From an uncultured Bacteroidota bacterium (GTDB taxonomy: Bacteria; Bacteroidota; Ignavibacteria; Kryptoniales; JAKASW01), in NCBI GenBank assembly GCA_963806435.1, contig CAWEBD010000113.1, positions 3,520 to 67,519 on the forward strand: a stretch of 64,000 nucleotides of DNA, written 5' to 3'. Under the pieces are notes generated by a model that worked only from the letters and a program-made list of their open reading frames with translations, made no database searches and had not been told where the DNA came from. Within the stretch, counting starts at the first letter, position 1; each line of letters begins with the position of its first letter. The position numbers were made by a program, and so were the translations under genes. Shown piece after piece: positions 34,547 through 44,287 of the stretch.

Positions 34547-35688
34547 AGTTTCACCGTAGATTTTTTGTTTGCGCGAATGTTTTTCGCCGCAAGCTGGCCG
34601 CATGCGCCGTCGATGTCTTCGCCCGAATTTGAACGGACAAAGACCGTGACTCCATTTTCGCGGAGCCTGTCGGCAAATTCTTCCATACGGTTGCTCGGCC
34701 TGAGTTTGAGCGCTACGGGATCAACCTGCAAGCCAAGCTTGCCGAGATGATCCAGTGGGTGGTAGCGCAGAAGATTTATCTTAAGTGGGATCTCACGCGA
34801 GAGTTTCACCAGCCGCGCGATATCCGCATCGTTATCGTTCAGACCGTCGAAGAGAATATATTCAAATGTAATCCTATCGCGCCTCAAGCGGTGGAATTCC
34901 TTTACCGCCGGGATGAGCTGCGCCAGGTTGTGCTTCCTGTTTATCGGCATGAGCAAGGTCCTGACCTCTTCGTCGAGGCTGTGAAGCGAGATTGCCAGCC
35001 TGAATTTGACCGGCTCCCTCGCGATCACCGGTATCTTGTCCGCTATGCCGGCCGTGGACACGGTGATCGCCTTCGCTCTAATGTTGATGGCATTATCGTC
35101 TGTCAGGATCCTGATGGCGCCCGAAACCGCCTCGTGATTCAGCAGCGGCTCCCCCATCCCCATGAAGACGACGTTCGTAACACGCTTCTTAGCATAACGC
35201 TGCGCTATGAACACCTGCGCGATAATCTCACCCGGCGTCAGGTTACGCGTAAACTTCATAGCACCCGTAGCGCAAAACTTGCAGTCTAGCGGACATCCGA
35301 CCTGCGTGGAAACGCAGACCGTCTCCCTCAGGGAGCCTTCGTCCTCCGGCGATTTTTCCCGCGGGATCAGGACCGTCTCGATTTTATACCCATCCGCGAA
35401 CTGGAGCAGAAGCTTCAGTGTGCCATCCGTCGGGGACTCTTCCGCGCTTATCACATCGGGATATCTTATCTCCGCGACTTCTGCCAGCCTCGACCGAAGA
35501 GATTTGGTAAAACCGGTGATCGGAGCAAAATCTTCTATATGGCGCTTGTAAATCCACGTGAATATCTGTTTCCCGCGGTACGGTGCCTCTCCGATTTCAC
35601 GGAAGAAGTCTTTCAACTCGGCTTCCGACTTGCCGAGCAGGTTGACCTTCCCGTCCTTCCGCCCGGAAGTTTTCTCCCCTTCTATCAT
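34543..35688 (-). CDS. rlmN: 23S rRNA/tRNA adenine-C2 methyltransferase RlmN (radical SAM)
   Basis: Contains CPLDCKFCATG and MGMGEPL, with RlmN/Cfr-family collinearity. Confidence 0.85.
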   Translation of the reverse strand: MIEGEKTSGRKDGKVNLLGKSEAELKDFFREIGEAPYRGKQIFTWIYKRHIEDFAPITGFTKSLRSRLAEVAEIRYPDVISAEESPTDGTLKLLLQFADGYKIETVLIPREKSPEDEGSLRETVCVSTQVGCPLDCKFCATGAMKFTRNLTPGEIIAQVFIAQRYAKKRVTNVVFMGMGEPLLNHEAVSGAIRILTDDNAINIRAKAITVSTAGIADKIPVIAREPVKFRLAISLHSLDEEVRTLLMPINRKHNLAQLIPAVKEFHRLRRDRITFEYILFDGLNDNDADIARLVKLSREIPLKINLLRYHPLDHLGKLGLQVDPVALKLRPSNRMEEFADRLRENGVTVFVRSNSGEDIDGACGQLAAKNIRANKKSTVKL

Positions 35689-36632
35689 AAAGGCAACTTC
35701 ACTCCAACGTTCTGTTCCAACGCGCGTCGATAGACTATCCGGGCCAGCGCGACATCCCACGGCCCGATTCCCTGAGATTTGAACAGCGTTATTTCGCCGT
35801 CGGTCTTTCTTGAGGCCGCGCCGCTGAACAGATCGCCGAATTCGTATATGTCGCTCCAGTGAAGCTTCCCTTTTTCCAGAAGGGGGAGAAAATCACCACA
35901 TTCCTTCTCCCCCTGTTCGCGGCTGTCTATCACGATGACATCTGCGCGGCGGACTGCCGACTCGTCAAGTTCACGCTTGACAAGCGTGTTCCCTCCGGCG
36001 GCGTTGATATGGCACCCTTCTTTAAGCATCTCTCCGAACAACACCGGGGAGTCGGCACTTGTCACGGTAGTGACGACGTCGCAGCCTGCAGCATCTGAGA
36101 CGTCCTTCACGGCCTCGAGACCGGGCTTGCAAAGCCTCTGCATCTTTTCGCAAAACGCCTTCGCATGGCTGTAATTTCTGCTGAAAACTTTCACGGATCC
36201 GAACGATCGAACGGCGAGCGCCGCGGTCAATTGCGATTCAGCCTGGTAGCCCGAGCCTATCAAACCGAGTGTGGTTGCTTTCGGACGGGCGAGGATTCTG
36301 GTCGCCGCGCCGCTCGCGGCACCGGTCCTCAGCTGGCCGAGTTTGTCGGCTTCGATAATCGCCAGAGGGTCGCCGGTTTGGCTGTCGAACAGGTGGACGA
36401 AGAATCTGACCTTCCCTTTGAAGCTTGTGTAGGCCTTGTACCCGAATACTCCTTCCTTCTCCATGGAAGCGGGCATCAGATGGAGGAACCCGCCGCTCAT
36501 GCGAAGTCTCGTCCTCGGAACAAATATGGTTTCCCCCGCAGACATCGACCGACCCACATCCTCTACGGCGGCAATCGCGTCGTTTATGTTCACGAGCCGT
36601 GCGACTTCATCTTCCGTGATGTAAATTGTCAT
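35685..36632 (-). CDS. ornithine cyclodeaminase/mu-crystallin family protein
   Basis: 315 aa with the Rossmann motif GLIGSGYQAES and family-typical N-terminal blocks. Confidence 0.7.
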   Translation of the reverse strand: MTIYITEDEVARLVNINDAIAAVEDVGRSMSAGETIFVPRTRLRMSGGFLHLMPASMEKEGVFGYKAYTSFKGKVRFFVHLFDSQTGDPLAIIEADKLGQLRTGAASGAATRILARPKATTLGLIGSGYQAESQLTAALAVRSFGSVKVFSRNYSHAKAFCEKMQRLCKPGLEAVKDVSDAAGCDVVTTVTSADSPVLFGEMLKEGCHINAAGGNTLVKRELDESAVRRADVIVIDSREQGEKECGDFLPLLEKGKLHWSDIYEFGDLFSGAASRKTDGEITLFKSQGIGPWDVALARIVYRRALEQNVGVKLPL

Positions 36633-37612
36633 TTCGCGCTCAGGCTTTTTGCTATGGCTTTTCCGTGTTCCCTGCCGTTCTCTATGAATATCTTGTTGCA
36701 GTCGTAGCCGGCTACTATCGAACCGGCGACGTAAAGCCCTTCGATGTTTGTCTCAAACGAGTCGGGATTATGACCTGGGATGCCGGTCTTTTCGTCGATT
36801 TCGATGCCGAGGTCCCTGAGGAAATTCACATCCGGATGATAGCCGGTCAACGCGTAGACGAAATCGCACTCGATTTCCTCCCTCTTTCCATCCACCTCGG
36901 CAACGACTTTGTCGGAAAGAATTTCAGCGACTTCGCATTTGAACCGGGCGTTTATCTCTCCGTTCTTCACCCTGTTTTCTATATCGGGGAGCATCCAGTA
37001 TTTAACGTTTTTTCCGAACCACTCTTTCCTGTATAGCAACGTCACGTTTACGCCATGCCTGTACAGGTCGAGGGCAGCCTCAACGGCGCTGTTCTTTCCG
37101 CCGATCACGACTACCTTCTGGCCGAAATGCAGGCCGGGTTCCCGAAAGTAGTGCGATACGTTGGGAAGATTCTCACCAGTCACGTTGAGCATGTTGGGTT
37201 GATCATAGAAGCCTGTCGCGACTATCACCTTATCGGCCTCAAGAAAACTGCACCGCGAAGAAGCCTCGTTCTTTATTTCCAACTGGAAGTGGCTCGTCCC
37301 GTTGGATGATTTCCTCACGGACATTACCCGGGAGTTACCGCGGAATTCAATCCCGTGAGCTTTGGCCACACGCGAGTAATATTGCACGGCTTCGACGCGC
37401 GTCGGGTGTGAAGACGTCGCTATAAACGGTACATCTCCTACCTCGAGGACTTCCAGCGTCGAAAAGAAGACCATGCTTGTCGGGAAATGCTGTATCGAGT
37501 TCACGATCGACCCTTTGTCGACGAGGAGCACGGAAAGGGCGCGTTTCTTAGCCTCGACTGCCGCGGACAGCCCCGCAGGCCCGCCGCCGATTACTATCAC
37601 ATTATATTTCAT
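36629..37612 (-). CDS. ypdA: YpdA-like FAD-dependent disulfide reductase (putative bacillithiol disulfide reductase)
   Basis: Starts MKYNVIVIGGGPAGLSAA. A second dinucleotide motif is VVVIGGKNSAVEAA. Length and blocks are YpdA-like. Confidence 0.65.
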   Translation of the reverse strand: MKYNVIVIGGGPAGLSAAVEAKKRALSVLLVDKGSIVNSIQHFPTSMVFFSTLEVLEVGDVPFIATSSHPTRVEAVQYYSRVAKAHGIEFRGNSRVMSVRKSSNGTSHFQLEIKNEASSRCSFLEADKVIVATGFYDQPNMLNVTGENLPNVSHYFREPGLHFGQKVVVIGGKNSAVEAALDLYRHGVNVTLLYRKEWFGKNVKYWMLPDIENRVKNGEINARFKCEVAEILSDKVVAEVDGKREEIECDFVYALTGYHPDVNFLRDLGIEIDEKTGIPGHNPDSFETNIEGLYVAGSIVAGYDCNKIFIENGREHGKAIAKSLSAK

Positions 37613-37887
37613 CTGTTAGTTCACTTTATTTGGAATTAGGTTCTTGAGATTAATAGTCCGGTACTCCCTGCGAGTCATCGCTTCCGGAAATTCAGCTGCC
37701 GCCATATTCTTGATTGGTGTTGGTTGGTGTAATGCATCTCTTCCAAGGGAGTCGTTTCGCGACAATTCGGTTGTGAGATGTCTCTTATGAAGAAATTTCA
37801 TTTTAAAGATTGGATCCGAACCCACACCGGAACTGGTTGGCGGTACAACGCCGGTCGACTCAGATCTCGGACCGGCCATAATTCTGT

Positions 37888-37958
37888 TGAGCTGAAGGTG
37901 GGATTTGAACCCACGACCTGCGGTTTACGAAACCGCTGCTCTACCGCTGAGCTACTTC
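37888..37958 (-). repeat. attR: 71-bp copy of tRNA-Thr lacking the first 3 nt of the acceptor stem
   Basis: Identical by eye to 49303-49373. The 5' GCT is replaced by ATG, so no acceptor stem can form. Confidence 0.85.
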
Positions 37959-38219
37959 CATTTGCGGGATTCTGCTTCGACTGTACAGAAAAGTGGTAAG
38001 GAAAACTCCGAGATGAATGCCAATAAAAAGGAAAAGCCCAAGCGGTGAAACTCTCAGGCCGTGCCAGCCGTGGAAGTCCGCCCAGGCTTATCCGAAAACT
38101 CTTTTTTGAACTTGGCACGTTCGAGGGTTTCATGGTACTTCAATGTAGTGTCCCAGGATAGGCGTGTCAAGTGCGAACGCCGCGTGAGTGCCTGTGCAAG
38201 ATTTGGTGCCAACAAGAAA

Positions 38220-39245
38220 TCAGGTCGGCGCATCATAGTTAATCCGGATCGGGTTGCCCTTCGAAAGGGCCAGATAAGTGCTTCTAATTTCATACGAGTA
38301 CCACTTTTGATATTCCATCATTCTCTCTGGGACCAGCCCCCTGATGACAGTCTGAATCAACTCAAGTCCTATTGTAACCGCAAAGAAGCTCAGCGCCTGG
38401 GCCTCAGTCGGAAGCCGTAACTGAAGAACGGCCGCCTTATCTCCCCTTGCCGCAATTTTCCCCTGAATAATGTCCATTCCATGCGCCGCAGTGGACCATT
38501 GTCTATAGAGTATGTTGTAGAGAGCGGAGCAACCCACGTGCTCAGCAAGGCTCTCAATAGTCCTTGGACCGCCATATAACGAGTGCCATGCGGGAAAGCC
38601 CGATGTCTCTTTTTTTCGTCTGTGAAACTCGGAATTCGCGCCTCGATATTCCGGTTCTTTTAAAAGACTCTCCATGTTCGTGATAGCATCTATGATAAGC
38701 GAATGGGGTGCCGAAAACGAAATATTTCCGACAAGTTGGTCTTTCCGAATTTTCTCCTTGAATTTTCTCCCATCTTCAGATTCGAAATTTAGTTTCCTGT
38801 ATTTCCTCAGTCTGTCATGGACATAGGTTACCATGAATGCCATGGCTCGTCGGGTTCTGTCCGACTCAAGTATGTATTTGACCGCGAAGAGGCTTTCGAG
38901 AGCCCCCCTTAATATTAGCCTGCACGGATCCACGCAGGAACTGCGAATATTGATAGATGATGAATCAAGTAATTCCAGAATGTGTCTCATGGAAAGTGTA
39001 ACTGGTGCGGTTTCATCGCCGCTTGTTTCGGACATCATCTCCCATTCGAGGACGTGTGTTCCAAAATTCACGGTCTCGGTTATCAGGTCAGCGAAGATTC
39101 CAAGCGTCTTCAAGACCTCTGCGTTGTCTGGCGTGTACTGGACCGCCGGCGTTGTAGGCATACAAGAGACCCTCCTCACTGCTATCGTCGTCCTAAGATT
39201 GGAAAAATAATCCAGATTTACAATTGTGTCGACAGGATTATCCAC
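38220..39245 (-). CDS. hypothetical protein (island cargo at the att-distal end)
   Basis: 341-aa ORF; an alternative start is M29 at 39161. I recognise no motif. Confidence 0.55.
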   Translation of the reverse strand: MDNPVDTIVNLDYFSNLRTTIAVRRVSCMPTTPAVQYTPDNAEVLKTLGIFADLITETVNFGTHVLEWEMMSETSGDETAPVTLSMRHILELLDSSSINIRSSCVDPCRLILRGALESLFAVKYILESDRTRRAMAFMVTYVHDRLRKYRKLNFESEDGRKFKEKIRKDQLVGNISFSAPHSLIIDAITNMESLLKEPEYRGANSEFHRRKKETSGFPAWHSLYGGPRTIESLAEHVGCSALYNILYRQWSTAAHGMDIIQGKIAARGDKAAVLQLRLPTEAQALSFFAVTIGLELIQTVIRGLVPERMMEYQKWYSYEIRSTYLALSKGNPIRINYDAPT

Positions 39246-39341
39246 CCCCGGTCCGACTGATTACGAGGGTTCCTCCTTATCTATTCCCTTTTCGACTTGG
39301 TATACTACTCACCCCCGGAGTTGCTTTTCTGATATCGATGG

Positions 39342-41654
39342 TCACTTCCTCGTCCGTCCCGTTCCATTCAAAGCCGGAGCTCCTCCCTTCTCAACTCTGC
39401 CATTGATAGAGAACGTTACGCTTGTCGTGTCGTCCAGCCACAATGTATGTTCACCGATTTGCAGGTCGCTTCCAGCTGGCCCAATTCCGAGTCCTCCACC
39501 ATGCCTCTTCATGATATCAGCAACGACTCCACCCTTTCCACCCGTTTCCATCTGCGCTCCGGGATAGGGTGTTCCCGCTCCTCCTTTGTCTGGATACATC
39601 ACCTCGTTGAATATCTCCCACATTCGCTTTACCGAATCGTCAAACATCGATGTCAATAAGGCCCCGTCACCAACCATCACGTTCTGAGCCTTCTGCCATT
39701 TTACCTGCATGTCCAGGAAACTTTCCTGTATCTTCTTTGCCGAATCTGCGGCCGACGCAAACAACTCCGCGGCCTTCGTCTCTCCTGGCGTTACCTTATT
39801 ATTTAGGTCACTCAATGGGACCCCCGCGATCTCACTCAGCGTCTTGTTCCATTCCCCATTGGTTCCGACGGATGCACCCGTGAGCTTCTTCAAATCCGTG
39901 GCGCTTATGTTCGTCAGCCGTCCAATCATCTTCTGTGAGATATCGGGATTAAGGTCACTGTTAAGAAGCATACTCGGCAGCGCCATGTATCTCATGTTAC
40001 GATTCGGCAAAAAGCTCAGGAGATCCGATAGATTCCCTTTTCCAAAGACTCCCTGTTTCATCCTGAACATGGTCGCAAACGGATCAGTCCTCTCACCTCT
40101 CCGTGCAGCCCCTCTTGTGAACGCTCCAAAGAGTAGTGCGTTCTCTGCCTCTCCCTGCGGTGTGACAAGTCGATTGAATGCCTGTAGCGTTTGTTGTCCC
40201 TCGGGTGTGGCGATATTGCCGTAGGTCGAATTGCCCGGATAGAGCCAGGCCGGAAGATTCATGGCGAACCCCGTGGCTTCCCCCACTCTTCCGGGTCCCA
40301 CGTATCTTGCTGCTTGCTGTCCAATTCCAAGAAGTGCCGGTATCAGCTCCTGGTAGCCCGGCAATCCGATTTTCTTTCTCAGGTTCTCCAGTGCCCGCGC
40401 TTCGCCTCCCATCTTGGCTCCCGTCAACCTTCCGAACTTCTCGAGCGTTATTCCCTCGCCCATTGAGAGTCTGTCTCGAACCATTACGCGGATTGCATTA
40501 CGAATCTCATCAGTATCGAACCTTCCTCGCGCTCCGATCAAGCCCTCAGCGTACTGGACCTGCTGGACACTCGGCAAGGCACTTCCTGCCGATTGCCCGA
40601 ACAATTTCTCCATCGTCTCCGGCGCAACCCTCCATCCCATCCGGCCGGCCGCATGGTACGTCGACGCCTGCAGCTGCTCCAAAGCCTGCTCGTTTCTCCC
40701 GGCCCAGCCCCACATTGAACTGAATACCTGGAGCTTTTTCTGTGCCGGAATGTTCTCGAAGTTTGCAATCGTATCTCCGATTCCACCTGCCACTTCTCCG
40801 CCGAGGTACGAAGCAAAGAAGGCAAGTTCTGGATGTCCAAGTGCAGCCGCAATAAGTGGACCTCCGATCGATCCGATCGCTCTTCCCGTTCCTCCGTAGG
40901 CCAGCGTCCGCTGTGCCATTTCTCGCTGGATAAGCGAGCTCATCATTCCCTGTGGTGAATTCAGGTCAAACATTGTCTGAGAAACCCTCTGATACTGCGC
41001 GTAAGTCTTCGCGAATCCGATAGCCATATTTGCCACCGAAGCCACATAAGAGATCCGAACAGCCGATTGTTTGATTCCGTCTCCAACCTTCTTGTTAAAC
41101 TCATCGATGCTTACTTTGAACTTGTCTGTCGTTCGCTCGAATATTCCGGGTAGGCTTTCCACCAGGTCTACGAGTTCCAATCCCGTTTGGCCTTTTCTTC
41201 CTCCAAGTCCCTTGAATCCCGTCCGGAGATTCTCAGCCATCTTCGCTTCGTCCCATGGCCCCATCGTCTTGCCGAACGTCTTCCAGCCTTCCCTGCCCAG
41301 CTGACCCAAGACGGTATTGAGTTTACGAGCCTCGGCTTTCATCTCCTCTGGATTCAACCCGCCAGTCTGTAAGTTGCGAAAGATGCTCTGTGCCCGTTTA
41401 TATGTCGGAGTTTTCTCGATTTGCTCGAGCGCCTTCAATGCTGATTCTGAATACAGTTTGTAATTCTGGTAGAGCCTTCCAGCGTCCCCTTTGGTTCCAA
41501 TCATACCTCCCTCGAGAATCTTTCCCGCCTCCCGACTGATTTCCTGACGCACATCTCCCATAATATCAGCCTTTGCCCTGTCGACGTTGACCTTCTTCAG
41601 CCTTAACTCGATATCTGCTCTAACCTGGTTGTTTGTCATATCGTTTCCTTTCAA
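39342..41654 (-). CDS. 770-aa glycine/alanine-rich protein with a central hydrophobic segment (tape-measure-like composition; function unknown)
   Basis: Its ATGA start overlaps the helicase stop. The hydrophobic stretch is AIGSIGGPLIAAALGHPELAFFASYLGGEVAGGIGD, and the N-terminus is predicted helical. Confidence 0.6.
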   Translation of the reverse strand: MKGNDMTNNQVRADIELRLKKVNVDRAKADIMGDVRQEISREAGKILEGGMIGTKGDAGRLYQNYKLYSESALKALEQIEKTPTYKRAQSIFRNLQTGGLNPEEMKAEARKLNTVLGQLGREGWKTFGKTMGPWDEAKMAENLRTGFKGLGGRKGQTGLELVDLVESLPGIFERTTDKFKVSIDEFNKKVGDGIKQSAVRISYVASVANMAIGFAKTYAQYQRVSQTMFDLNSPQGMMSSLIQREMAQRTLAYGGTGRAIGSIGGPLIAAALGHPELAFFASYLGGEVAGGIGDTIANFENIPAQKKLQVFSSMWGWAGRNEQALEQLQASTYHAAGRMGWRVAPETMEKLFGQSAGSALPSVQQVQYAEGLIGARGRFDTDEIRNAIRVMVRDRLSMGEGITLEKFGRLTGAKMGGEARALENLRKKIGLPGYQELIPALLGIGQQAARYVGPGRVGEATGFAMNLPAWLYPGNSTYGNIATPEGQQTLQAFNRLVTPQGEAENALLFGAFTRGAARRGERTDPFATMFRMKQGVFGKGNLSDLLSFLPNRNMRYMALPSMLLNSDLNPDISQKMIGRLTNISATDLKKLTGASVGTNGEWNKTLSEIAGVPLSDLNNKVTPGETKAAELFASAADSAKKIQESFLDMQVKWQKAQNVMVGDGALLTSMFDDSVKRMWEIFNEVMYPDKGGAGTPYPGAQMETGGKGGVVADIMKRHGGGLGIGPAGSDLQIGEHTLWLDDTTSVTFSINGRVEKGGAPALNGTGRTRK

Positions 41655-43114
41655 AAGGGAGCCTTCCCCAATTCTTCTGCCTCAGCGTGGCCAACTGAAC
41701 AGCCGGCCGTCTCCGCTTCATCTGTTGGTTTCGACTGTTCCATCTCGGCGTCAGACAGCATCGGGCCGTTTCCGAAATATGCGCCCCGATTGCCGTGGAA
41801 GGGAAGCTCGATAGAGATCCCGCTTTCCCCGTCACCCTGCTTCGCGATCTGCAGGGTTGCCTTTCGTTCTTCTGCCTGTCCGAAAGTGGAATCCGGCATC
41901 GGATTGCTGAGAAGCAGGATAGTCCTCGCGTCGTAGCTTATCATCCCTGAGTCTCGCATCTGTCCGAGGTGGGGCTGCGTGAAGTTCTCAGCCTCTTTGT
42001 TCAGCGCGCTGACTGTAAGAATGACAATCTCAAGTCTGATTGCAAGCTGCGTGAGCTTCCACGAGTAGTGCGCGATTTCCCGCTCCCGGTTCTGGAATCG
42101 TTCCCCTGGGTTGGGTGCAATTTTGCTCAAGTGGTCCACAACGACGAATCTTGCCCCCCGGTCACGGCTAAGCTTTTCGATTCGCAAACAGAGTTCGGTT
42201 ATTGTCAAATCGGGAGTACAATCGAAAAATATCCTCCCCTGCCTTTGTCGAAATTCCTGTAGAGCACTGGCATAACGATGGGCGTCCGTTGGCGTATCAA
42301 AGAATGCGTGTGGATTTCGGATCTGGTGAATTGGGAGATGGGCCAACTGTGCCAGCGTCCTCGTCACCATACGTACCTTCGACATTTCAAGACTGAAATC
42401 CGCAACGGGGACTTGCCGGGAGATATTCAAAAGCATCTGGAGGGCGAGACTACTTTTTCCTGTCCCGGTATTTCCAGCGAGAACGACAGCATCCGCGAGT
42501 TGAAAGCCTCCACCTAACAGCTTATCCAGCTCGTTGAATCCAGTCTTGAGCGTTCCGATCTCGCCTCGGTTCATCCGGTCGACGTGATCAAGATAGATCT
42601 CCAGGCTCTGTTCAGCATCCGTGACAGATTTTGATTGCCTACGAAATCTCAGAAGCTGTTCCAGCAGGTCTCGTTGTTCATCGGCTATCTGAAACGGATC
42701 GCTCTGGCCACCATAACACTGCTGAATACTCCGGCTATTTCTTTCGATGATGGTTCTCAGCAAATATTTCTCAGCGACAATCTGCGAATGAGCTTCTACG
42801 TTCGCTGTCGACACCACTGAATTCACAAGCTCGTTCAGATACGCTGATCCGCCGATTTCCTCAAGGTCGCTCCTCTTTCTCAGCGCCTCCCTGGTCGTGA
42901 TAACGTCTACAGTCTGGCCAGAGTCGTGCAACTCAAGTATGGCTGCAAAAACCTTCTCGTTGGCTCTCGAATAGAACGCTGAAGGCTGTAAAAGTTCGCG
43001 GACTACTGGAAGGCTATTTGTCGGGTCCAGCAACAAAGAACCAAGAACAGATTTCTCGGCCTCTACATCCTGCGGTGGGATCCGCCCATCTGTTTCAATG
43101 TCTGAGCTCATCAT
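41651..43114 (-). CDS. DnaB-type replicative helicase
   Basis: The N-terminal DnaB domain includes PPQDVEAEKSVLGSLLLDP. Walker A is GNTGTGKSS. The start at 43114 is preceded by AAGGAG. Confidence 0.85.
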   Translation of the reverse strand: MMSSDIETDGRIPPQDVEAEKSVLGSLLLDPTNSLPVVRELLQPSAFYSRANEKVFAAILELHDSGQTVDVITTREALRKRSDLEEIGGSAYLNELVNSVVSTANVEAHSQIVAEKYLLRTIIERNSRSIQQCYGGQSDPFQIADEQRDLLEQLLRFRRQSKSVTDAEQSLEIYLDHVDRMNRGEIGTLKTGFNELDKLLGGGFQLADAVVLAGNTGTGKSSLALQMLLNISRQVPVADFSLEMSKVRMVTRTLAQLAHLPIHQIRNPHAFFDTPTDAHRYASALQEFRQRQGRIFFDCTPDLTITELCLRIEKLSRDRGARFVVVDHLSKIAPNPGERFQNREREIAHYSWKLTQLAIRLEIVILTVSALNKEAENFTQPHLGQMRDSGMISYDARTILLLSNPMPDSTFGQAEERKATLQIAKQGDGESGISIELPFHGNRGAYFGNGPMLSDAEMEQSKPTDEAETAGCSVGHAEAEELGKAPF

Positions 43115-43587
43115 CCCACTCCTTTCTTGAGTAACCCAAGTCTCCGGCACTCCGCCAGCGCGTCCTTGTGCCCGCGATATCTTACGGTCTCAGTCCCGGG
43201 GATAACCGTGAACGCTGTGGACGGTTCGAATCGTCGCCCGATTAGCTCACGGGCCAGGTTCCGGTGAAGGTCCTGCTCCGTCATTGGCTCGTCTTCGACA
43301 GCGCCGAGGAGATACTCACGGAATCTCTCAGCTTTGCCGTAAAAATTATTCGCCTGAACCCTGAACTGCTTTTCTTTCGACATGCCATTCCCCGAGTACC
43401 GATCAATGCAAGCCAGTAGTTCCTCCTTGGAGAACTCAGAAAGTCTTTTTGTGATTGAGCGGATCGCGTCCGCCCTTGCCCCGGCTCTCACCTTTTCCGA
43501 ATAGTGCGCGTAAATCTCAGCAGCGACTTTATCTACACCAGTGCTGTCGGTCTCTTTTCTATATTCTATATTCTTATTCTGTGTCAC
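43111..43587 (-). CDS. phage-type replication protein, C-terminal module-like
   Basis: 158 aa with a GTG start. The block EELLACIDRYSGNGMSKEKQFRVQANNFYGKAERFREYL resembles the conserved phage replication-protein C-terminus. Confidence 0.5.
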   Translation of the reverse strand: MTQNKNIEYRKETDSTGVDKVAAEIYAHYSEKVRAGARADAIRSITKRLSEFSKEELLACIDRYSGNGMSKEKQFRVQANNFYGKAERFREYLLGAVEDEPMTEQDLHRNLARELIGRRFEPSTAFTVIPGTETVRYRGHKDALAECRRLGLLKKGVG

Positions 43588-43667
43588 CTGGCTGTCACCT
43601 GGCTGTCACCTGGCTGTTCCTTTGCTGTCACTTCCGCTGTTATTTCCGGTGTTACTTTTGTTGTCAC
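43583..43667. repeat. iteron-like array: 3 exact GTCACCTGGCT repeats followed by about 4 degenerate 11-12-nt units
   Basis: Read directly from the sequence: GTCACCTGGCT three times, then GTTCCTTTGCT, GTCACTTCCGCT, GTTATTTCCGGT and GTTACTTTTGTT. Confidence 0.6.
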
Positions 43668-44018
43668 ACTTTCATCGGCTTGGGCCTCATTTCTTTGATA
43701 AACACCCCAGTTTTTCACGGTTATTACCGTCCACTTGTTGTTACTTTTGGTGTCAATGTTATGTGTCCTTTTCAGTGTCACGATTCCTTTCCAAAACGTG
43801 GACGGTTTCAATCCACATTCAGCGGCACCCGCGAAGCGTCCCGTCACAAATGAGCCGGCCTCGATTTGCACTTCCCTTCCGTCGATCACAGTCTTTGTAG
43901 GGAATGGATTGGCTCGAAGTAAACACCAGCTCCAGATTCTCCACAATGTCTTTGAATGCCAAACCGAGCTATCGAGGCTCCGAGCGTAAAGTTTGATCCA
44001 TCTTCCGTTTCCACTCAT
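43584..44018 (-). CDS. replisome-organizer/DnaD-like N-terminal domain protein
   Basis: The block WIKLYARSLDSSVWHSKTLWRIWSWCLLRANPFPTKTVIDGREVQIEAGSFVTGRFAGAAECGLKPSTFWKGIVTL is typical of phage replication-organizer winged-helix domains. Confidence 0.55.
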   Translation of the reverse strand: MSGNGRWIKLYARSLDSSVWHSKTLWRIWSWCLLRANPFPTKTVIDGREVQIEAGSFVTGRFAGAAECGLKPSTFWKGIVTLKRTHNIDTKSNNKWTVITVKNWGVYQRNEAQADESVTTKVTPEITAEVTAKEQPGDSQVTAR

Positions 44019-44287
44019 AACCCGTCTCCCTCTCCGCCGATCGACTCAACTAATTCAGATAGGTCGGAACCACTGGATCGCAACTCGAGAGCCTCCGTGC
44101 AGATACCGTGGACCTCAATCAAACTTTCAACTGACGTAGACAACAGATCCAGTAACCGACGTTTCAGCTTGCCTTCTTCGCTGTCGGTTATCACAGCGAC
44201 ACCTAATCCGCGGTATTGGGCATCCACAGCGGGAACGAGCTCGCCCACCTTGGTCTGTAACTCGGGTAAAACTTCAAGGAATCTCAT
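44015..44287 (-). CDS. hypothetical protein
   Basis: About 90 aa starting MRFLEVL. It has ATGA overlaps with both neighbouring ORFs. Confidence 0.45.
   Translation of the reverse strand: MRFLEVLPELQTKVGELVPAVDAQYRGLGVAVITDSEEGKLKRRLLDLLSTSVESLIEVHGICTEALELRSSGSDLSELVESIGGEGDGL

Noticed and set aside
37800-37887. Possible second tRNA or tRNA remnant next to attR (contains GGGTTCGGATCC, a T-loop-like string)
   Set aside because: I could not fold a T-stem, an anticodon arm or an acceptor stem around it. It is probably a chance resemblance or a highly degraded remnant.
43583-43667. CRISPR-like array
   Set aside because: The repeat units are only 11-12 nt and are contiguous with no spacers. They lie inside coding sequence and there are no cas genes.
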